Virus record (IMG/VR): IMGVR_UViG_3300044724_007127
Span: 1-28,870 of that record
From: a virus
Taxonomy: Duplodnaviria > Caudoviricetes
Strand: one strand, 5' to 3'
Length of the DNA: 28,870 nt
Shown here piece after piece: positions 24,349 through 28,870 of this stretch. A program made the translations under genes and the position numbers. The notes under the pieces were generated by a model. The model did not search any database. It was not told the origin of the DNA and worked only from the letters and a program-made list of their open reading frames with translations. Positions within the stretch are counted from its first letter, which is position 1; every line of letters begins with the position of its first letter.

Positions 24349-26069
24349 TGCCGATAAGTTTAGATGGAATTAATAGTGAGCTTACCGCCTTATCTAATAG
24401 GCTAGCGCCTCTACAGAAAAATGCTGGAGATAAATTACTCGAATCAGCAAAGGATATGCGTGCCGCTCTTGATAGTACGATTAAAGAATTGGATCAAGAA
24501 AAAGGCGGCATGAAAAGCTTAACGCAAGAGATCGATAATGCTGTCGAGAATCTAGAAACTATATCAGCTCCTATAATCGGTAAAATGACCGAGAATATGA
24601 AAAACTTTGTAAGCGCTCCGGAGCTAGAGCCAGCCTTTGGAAAGGCCGGAGAAGTTAATAAAATTATTAGTACGATTGATGTTAAAAGTATTGTGTCAGC
24701 TGCAGAAGATGGACTTTCTACTGCAGCAGAAATGCTAGAGGATGTGTTTGGTTCTATTGATGCAAAAGGAACATCAGAATCTCTTAAACAGGTTTTAGGT
24801 AAATCTGAAGAAGAAACTAAAAAAGCATTGCAGAAACTTACGAGTGAAGATCGACAAGATGCTATCGATAAGATTACTGAAACAATTAAAAGTGGTCAAC
24901 TTCAAGAAAAAATAAATCAAGATCTTGAAGGATTTAATAAAGCATTAGAAAAATCTCTCGGTGGTACCAGCAGTGGTAACCTTATGAAAGATATAATTGA
25001 AAATAAAACTGGTGAGTTGAAAAATGCTATATCTAGTCTATCAACTGTAATCGACGATAAAACTGCTATTGGTATAAAAGACCAGTTATTTGCTGGTGAT
25101 ATAACAAAAGCTCTTAATAGTGCTACGAGTAAATTAACTATAGATCAAGGATTAAAAGATAAATTTGATGAAACAGGTATAATACTAGATCAATCATCTC
25201 CAGATGGGTTAAAGCGTTCGATAAAACGGCTAGAAAATGTTCAAGGTGGGTTAAGTGATGCATTACAAACTTCTCTTAATGCATTGAAGACAAATTTGAG
25301 TAAAATTGAATCAACAATACAAAATACGTCAACTAATGTATCGAGTACAGTACAACAAACAGATCCAACCGTTGGTACGACAGCAAAAGCTCCTATTCGG
25401 CCGAGTGAATATCCTTCGGGTGAGTTTCCTATATTTAATTCTAGGATTGAATTAGTTAAATATTTTCTTAGTTGTGATCGTGACGTTACACAGATCATAT
25501 GGCATTGGACAAATAACTATATCGATCAATATCATATAGGTGCAGAAGAATTAGCTAGCTTCTATCAAGCCGATGGATTTTCAGATATACCATATCACTT
25601 TATTATTAAGCGGGACGGCACTATTCAAGCAGGTCGTAAGATTAATACGGTTGGCGGTCATGCAAAGAATTTTAATGAATATACAATTGGTATAGCATTT
25701 GTAGCAGGATTTAATTGTCCTTCTACTACAGGCTTGCCAGAAGCAAATAAATATATCAGCGCTAAATCTATTACTCAAGCTCAATATGATTCTATGGATT
25801 TATTCCTTACAGCTGCATATAAAAGATGGCCAGGAATAGAATCATGGGGACATAGAGATCTTCCAAATAATAATAATACAATGGATCCAGGATTTGATGT
25901 TGCAGCATATACTATGAATAAATTTGGACAACAGAACTTCTCAGATCCACAGAGCGATGGCAGAAGTCTAAGTACTAGTCAATTGATTGCAGCAGTTATA
26001 CAGGCGAGAATAGAATTATTAGAAAGAACAAGAGCATCTGATCTGCAAACTAGAATAGACGGATGGTAG
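24348..26069 (+). CDS. Long helical protein with C-terminal N-acetylmuramoyl-L-alanine amidase (T7 lysozyme/Amidase_2-like)
   Basis: IIWHWT, IPYHFIIKRDGTIQAGR, GGHA, TIGIAFVAG, GHRD, DPGFDV. Confidence 0.8.
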   Translation: MPISLDGINSELTALSNRLAPLQKNAGDKLLESAKDMRAALDSTIKELDQEKGGMKSLTQEIDNAVENLETISAPIIGKMTENMKNFVSAPELEPAFGKAGEVNKIISTIDVKSIVSAAEDGLSTAAEMLEDVFGSIDAKGTSESLKQVLGKSEEETKKALQKLTSEDRQDAIDKITETIKSGQLQEKINQDLEGFNKALEKSLGGTSSGNLMKDIIENKTGELKNAISSLSTVIDDKTAIGIKDQLFAGDITKALNSATSKLTIDQGLKDKFDETGIILDQSSPDGLKRSIKRLENVQGGLSDALQTSLNALKTNLSKIESTIQNTSTNVSSTVQQTDPTVGTTAKAPIRPSEYPSGEFPIFNSRIELVKYFLSCDRDVTQIIWHWTNNYIDQYHIGAEELASFYQADGFSDIPYHFIIKRDGTIQAGRKINTVGGHAKNFNEYTIGIAFVAGFNCPSTTGLPEANKYISAKSITQAQYDSMDLFLTAAYKRWPGIESWGHRDLPNNNNTMDPGFDVAAYTMNKFGQQNFSDPQSDGRSLSTSQLIAAVIQARIELLERTRASDLQTRIDGW

Positions 26070-26078
26070 GAGAAATAA

Positions 26079-28160
26079 GTGGTAAACGAATTTAGACCTG
26101 ATCAGGCGAATCCGGACGACGGTAAGCAAGACCAGAGAGAAGGCCAAAGAGAAGAAGCTGGAGGAGGATCTGAAACTAGGCATTCGCCATTTGAAGGATT
26201 TTCGGATCCTTCTGGTCAGTTTCCCCGTGCAGAATATCATTTCCATTCATCGCTCAATGCGCAAGCCGTTGGACGGCATAAGCATAAACTGAGTCTTGGT
26301 GGTGGCGATGATGATCTAGATCTAACTGCATTGTTAGGCGATACTGAATATGAAGCTACTAGCCAATATTCTCGTGTGCAGGTCCAAGAGACACAAAGCG
26401 GTCATGTTATTGTTTTAGATGATACGCCTGGTGGTGAAACAGTATTATTCAAGCATCGTAGTGGTTCTGGTATAGAGATGAGACCAGATGGTACGATAAT
26501 ACTTCGAACAATGAATCATCTTATCACATCCGTTGGTGGTACAGGTGCTATCATTATCGAAGGTGACGTAAATCTCTCTGCACAGAACGTTCGATTAGAT
26601 GCTTCAGGTGATATGAATATTAAAGTTGGTGGAGATCTTACGTATAACGTTGGTGGTGATATTAAAGTAAATGCTGACGGATCTTATAGAGAATCAATTA
26701 ATGGTAATAAAGGTTCGATTGTAAAGGGAAATAACTCGTCATCTGTGCTTGGTACGACAACCGATACTATTTTAGGAAATGAGAATCATATTGTTAAAGG
26801 CAATTACAATAATTCTATAGAAGGCACAAATATCGTTGCTTCAAAAGGAATTATGCGAACATCATCTCAGGCTGAGATTAACGTATCTGCACCAAGTACA
26901 AACATAGCAGCAGCTGACATTGCTGTGTTTGGTTCTAGTGGTACAATTGGTGGTAAAGAGGTTGTTATGTACGCAGACAATATTCATGCTACAGACAGAG
27001 TCACATCTGAAGCTTCTATGCATGCTGTCACATTCCACGGCTCATTAAAAGGTAAAGCAGAATTTGCTGCAGCTGCAGACGTAGCTGGTGTTGCTCCTCC
27101 AGGTGCTGGTGCTGGTGGTGGTACTTTAGTTGATTCGTCTGGAACACTCAAAATTACTGAACAACCAACTTCAGATATTCTTAGCGAATATCTTACAAAA
27201 TCTACACGTGGCATTAAAAAAGTCACAATTGATACTGGCGATCTTCTCAAACAAAAAATAGATCTTTCAACCGATACCGGAGGTAAGTCCAAGCGCATAC
27301 CTACGATCGATGAAGCGCGTGCGCAGCTCATGGAAGAGAAAACAGTTAATGATGCAAAATATGTTGCTACATTGGCTAAGTGGGAAGTTATCGATGACGG
27401 ATATGCAAAAGCTGTACCTCCTGGCATAGGTAGATCAAACAGTGGTGGTGGTTCGGTTAGTCATGCACCAAGGGATAAGCAAGTAGGTAATGCTATTGGT
27501 CAGAATAGAGACAAATATGTTTCTGGAGATAGAGCAGCTGCTCCTCTCTCAGTTCCGTCTAGATATCTTGCTGACGCTTTAATCGATAGCGGACCTTTGT
27601 CAATTAATTCGCAAACGTTAGTTGGTCCAAGTATTACGATAGGCACGTTCCTTGGTGGCAGAGGTAATAAATCTACGCTCAATCACGTAGCTACGTTTAA
27701 GGAAAGACAAGATATTGCTAGGTATCTTTCATTGCAGGCAGAGATCATTAAACTAGTTAGGAAGGATACTGGTAGATTCGAAGACTTCCGTATTAAAGTT
27801 CACACTGGAATCTATAAGCCAGGGCCAAACGAAGAACTAACAGAAGGTGGTATTCTCGATCTACATCGAACAGGCCGTGCAGTAACCTATAGGTTAGTCG
27901 ACGAAAAGAACGAAGATTATCCAGAAGTTACGTATGATTTTGCTGAATATCTAGCTGAATATGTTTTTACATTTGATACAATTAGATTAAGTTACGATCA
28001 GTTTGATCCAAATTCAGATCGTATATTTTCTAGGGTAACATTTGTTTTACCAGAAATAGGTCCTAATTATAAAGCGTCAACCGCTTCAGGTAAATTAGAA
28101 ACCTTTTACAATATAAAGAAATTAAGTGGCTCTGATCTCATAGAAGTTATGTACGTTTGA
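26079..28160 (+). CDS. gp5 C-terminal part: beta-helix spike plus degenerate peptidase-M15-like domain
   Basis: GTG start after AGGAG. ETQSGHVIVLDDTPGGE...HRSGSGIEMRPDG and repeated (V/I)xG(D/N) units; C-terminal HTGIY...LHRTGRAV. Confidence 0.8.
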   Translation: MVNEFRPDQANPDDGKQDQREGQREEAGGGSETRHSPFEGFSDPSGQFPRAEYHFHSSLNAQAVGRHKHKLSLGGGDDDLDLTALLGDTEYEATSQYSRVQVQETQSGHVIVLDDTPGGETVLFKHRSGSGIEMRPDGTIILRTMNHLITSVGGTGAIIIEGDVNLSAQNVRLDASGDMNIKVGGDLTYNVGGDIKVNADGSYRESINGNKGSIVKGNNSSSVLGTTTDTILGNENHIVKGNYNNSIEGTNIVASKGIMRTSSQAEINVSAPSTNIAAADIAVFGSSGTIGGKEVVMYADNIHATDRVTSEASMHAVTFHGSLKGKAEFAAAADVAGVAPPGAGAGGGTLVDSSGTLKITEQPTSDILSEYLTKSTRGIKKVTIDTGDLLKQKIDLSTDTGGKSKRIPTIDEARAQLMEEKTVNDAKYVATLAKWEVIDDGYAKAVPPGIGRSNSGGGSVSHAPRDKQVGNAIGQNRDKYVSGDRAAAPLSVPSRYLADALIDSGPLSINSQTLVGPSITIGTFLGGRGNKSTLNHVATFKERQDIARYLSLQAEIIKLVRKDTGRFEDFRIKVHTGIYKPGPNEELTEGGILDLHRTGRAVTYRLVDEKNEDYPEVTYDFAEYLAEYVFTFDTIRLSYDQFDPNSDRIFSRVTFVLPEIGPNYKASTASGKLETFYNIKKLSGSDLIEVMYV

Positions 28161-28168
28161 CATAAATA
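28161..28168 (+). promoter_or_regulatory. Late-promoter-like box CATAAATA upstream of gene 25
   Basis: 7/8 match to consensus in the intergenic gap, 24 nt upstream of the ATG. Confidence 0.6.
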
Positions 28169-28192
28169 GAATTGTATAATTAAAGGACTATC

Positions 28193-28633
28193 ATGGCTAG
28201 AAGATTATCAATTGAAGACGCTAACCTAAATGCGGTAACGATTGTAGGTACTCGTCAGAAAATATTTAAAGATATCGATATAACATTCCTTGCAAAGGAT
28301 ACTGGCGAGATCTTTAAAAAGACTGAGGCAGCGGCTGTTAAACAAGCAGTAAAGAATTTAGTTTTAACTAACCACTTTGAAAAACCTTTCAATGCTAAAT
28401 TTGGTGGGAATATTCAAGGTTTATTATTTGAACTAGCCGATGATGAAACTGGGGAACAAGTTAGAGAAACTATTATAGCAGCTATAAATGAACACGAACC
28501 AAGAGCTAGAGTAATTTCAGTGGATGTAAACAGTCAACCAGATTTTAATTCTATAGAGGCAACTATCACTTTTAGAGTTATTAATTCTGGTGAAATTGTG
28601 ACATTCACTACAATCCTAAAGAGGCTGAGATAA
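28193..28633 (+). CDS. gp25: Baseplate wedge subunit gp25
   Basis: FKDIDITF, AVKQAVKNLVLTNHFEKPF...FG, HEPRARV, ends LKRLR. Confidence 0.92.
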   Translation: MARRLSIEDANLNAVTIVGTRQKIFKDIDITFLAKDTGEIFKKTEAAAVKQAVKNLVLTNHFEKPFNAKFGGNIQGLLFELADDETGEQVRETIIAAINEHEPRARVISVDVNSQPDFNSIEATITFRVINSGEIVTFTTILKRLR

Positions 28634-28634
28634 A

Positions 28635-28870
28635 ATGGCAACAACAATTAATACCTCAGACTTAGATTTTAATAATATTAAAACCAGTCTGAAGACATTT
28701 CTTAAGAGACAAACAGAGTTCTCTGATTACGATTTTGAAGCATCTGGCCTCTCAAATATTCTTGATGTGTTAGCATATAATACTCACATCAATGCTTTGG
28801 TGGCAAACTTTACTTTAAACGAATCGTTTCTTGGTACAGCTCAGCTTCGAAGTTCTTTAGTATCACTTGC
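28635..28870 (+). CDS. gp6: Baseplate wedge subunit gp6, 3'-partial
   Basis: Read manually: MATTINTSDLDFNNIKTSLKTFLKRQTEFSDYDFEASGLSNILDVLAYNTHINALVANFTLNESFLGTAQLRSSLVSL. Confidence 0.92.
   Translation, partial: MATTINTSDLDFNNIKTSLKTFLKRQTEFSDYDFEASGLSNILDVLAYNTHINALVANFTLNESFLGTAQLRSSLVSL

Noticed and set aside
1-28870. tRNA genes, stop-codon reassignment or diversity-generating retroelement
   Set aside because: No cloverleaf-sized free intergenic region was seen, conserved genes read intact with the standard code, and no reverse transcriptase or TR/VR pair was seen.

Overview
This window comes from a T4-like (Tevenvirinae-type core, probably aquatic or marine) myovirus with a Gram-negative host. 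The left arm (1-5.7 kb) holds small late or virion genes (a holin-like membrane protein and internal-head-protein-like genes), two tandem SGNH-like paralogs and an overlapping i-/o-spanin pair. The middle (5.7-15.7 kb) is an early/middle metabolic block driven by five T4-early-like TTTACA-N17-TAnnnT promoters. It encodes a class Ia ribonucleotide reductase (NrdA with a fused glutaredoxin, plus NrdB), a zinc-ribbon microprotein, a GIY-YIG nuclease, a YodL-like protein, a HAD nucleotidase, glycine-cleavage H protein (gcvH), a JmjC/cupin protein, DUF932, gp33 and gp32. The right arm (15.7-28.9 kb) is the tail/baseplate module. The minus strand carries gp4, gp2, gp54-like, gp26, gp51 and a tape-measure-like gene. 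The plus strand carries gp48, gp53, a gp27-like hub, a gp5 split over three genes with different cell-wall hydrolase domains, gp25 and partial gp6. The strongest unexplained signal is a candidate programmed -1 frameshift (T TTT TTC) joining gp26 to the gp51 frame, which has no convincing start of its own, directly upstream of the tape-measure gene. This is a lambda G/GT-like tail-chaperone arrangement. No tRNA, rRNA, CRISPR array or IS element was seen. All family assignments are motif recognition by eye; no database searches were run.
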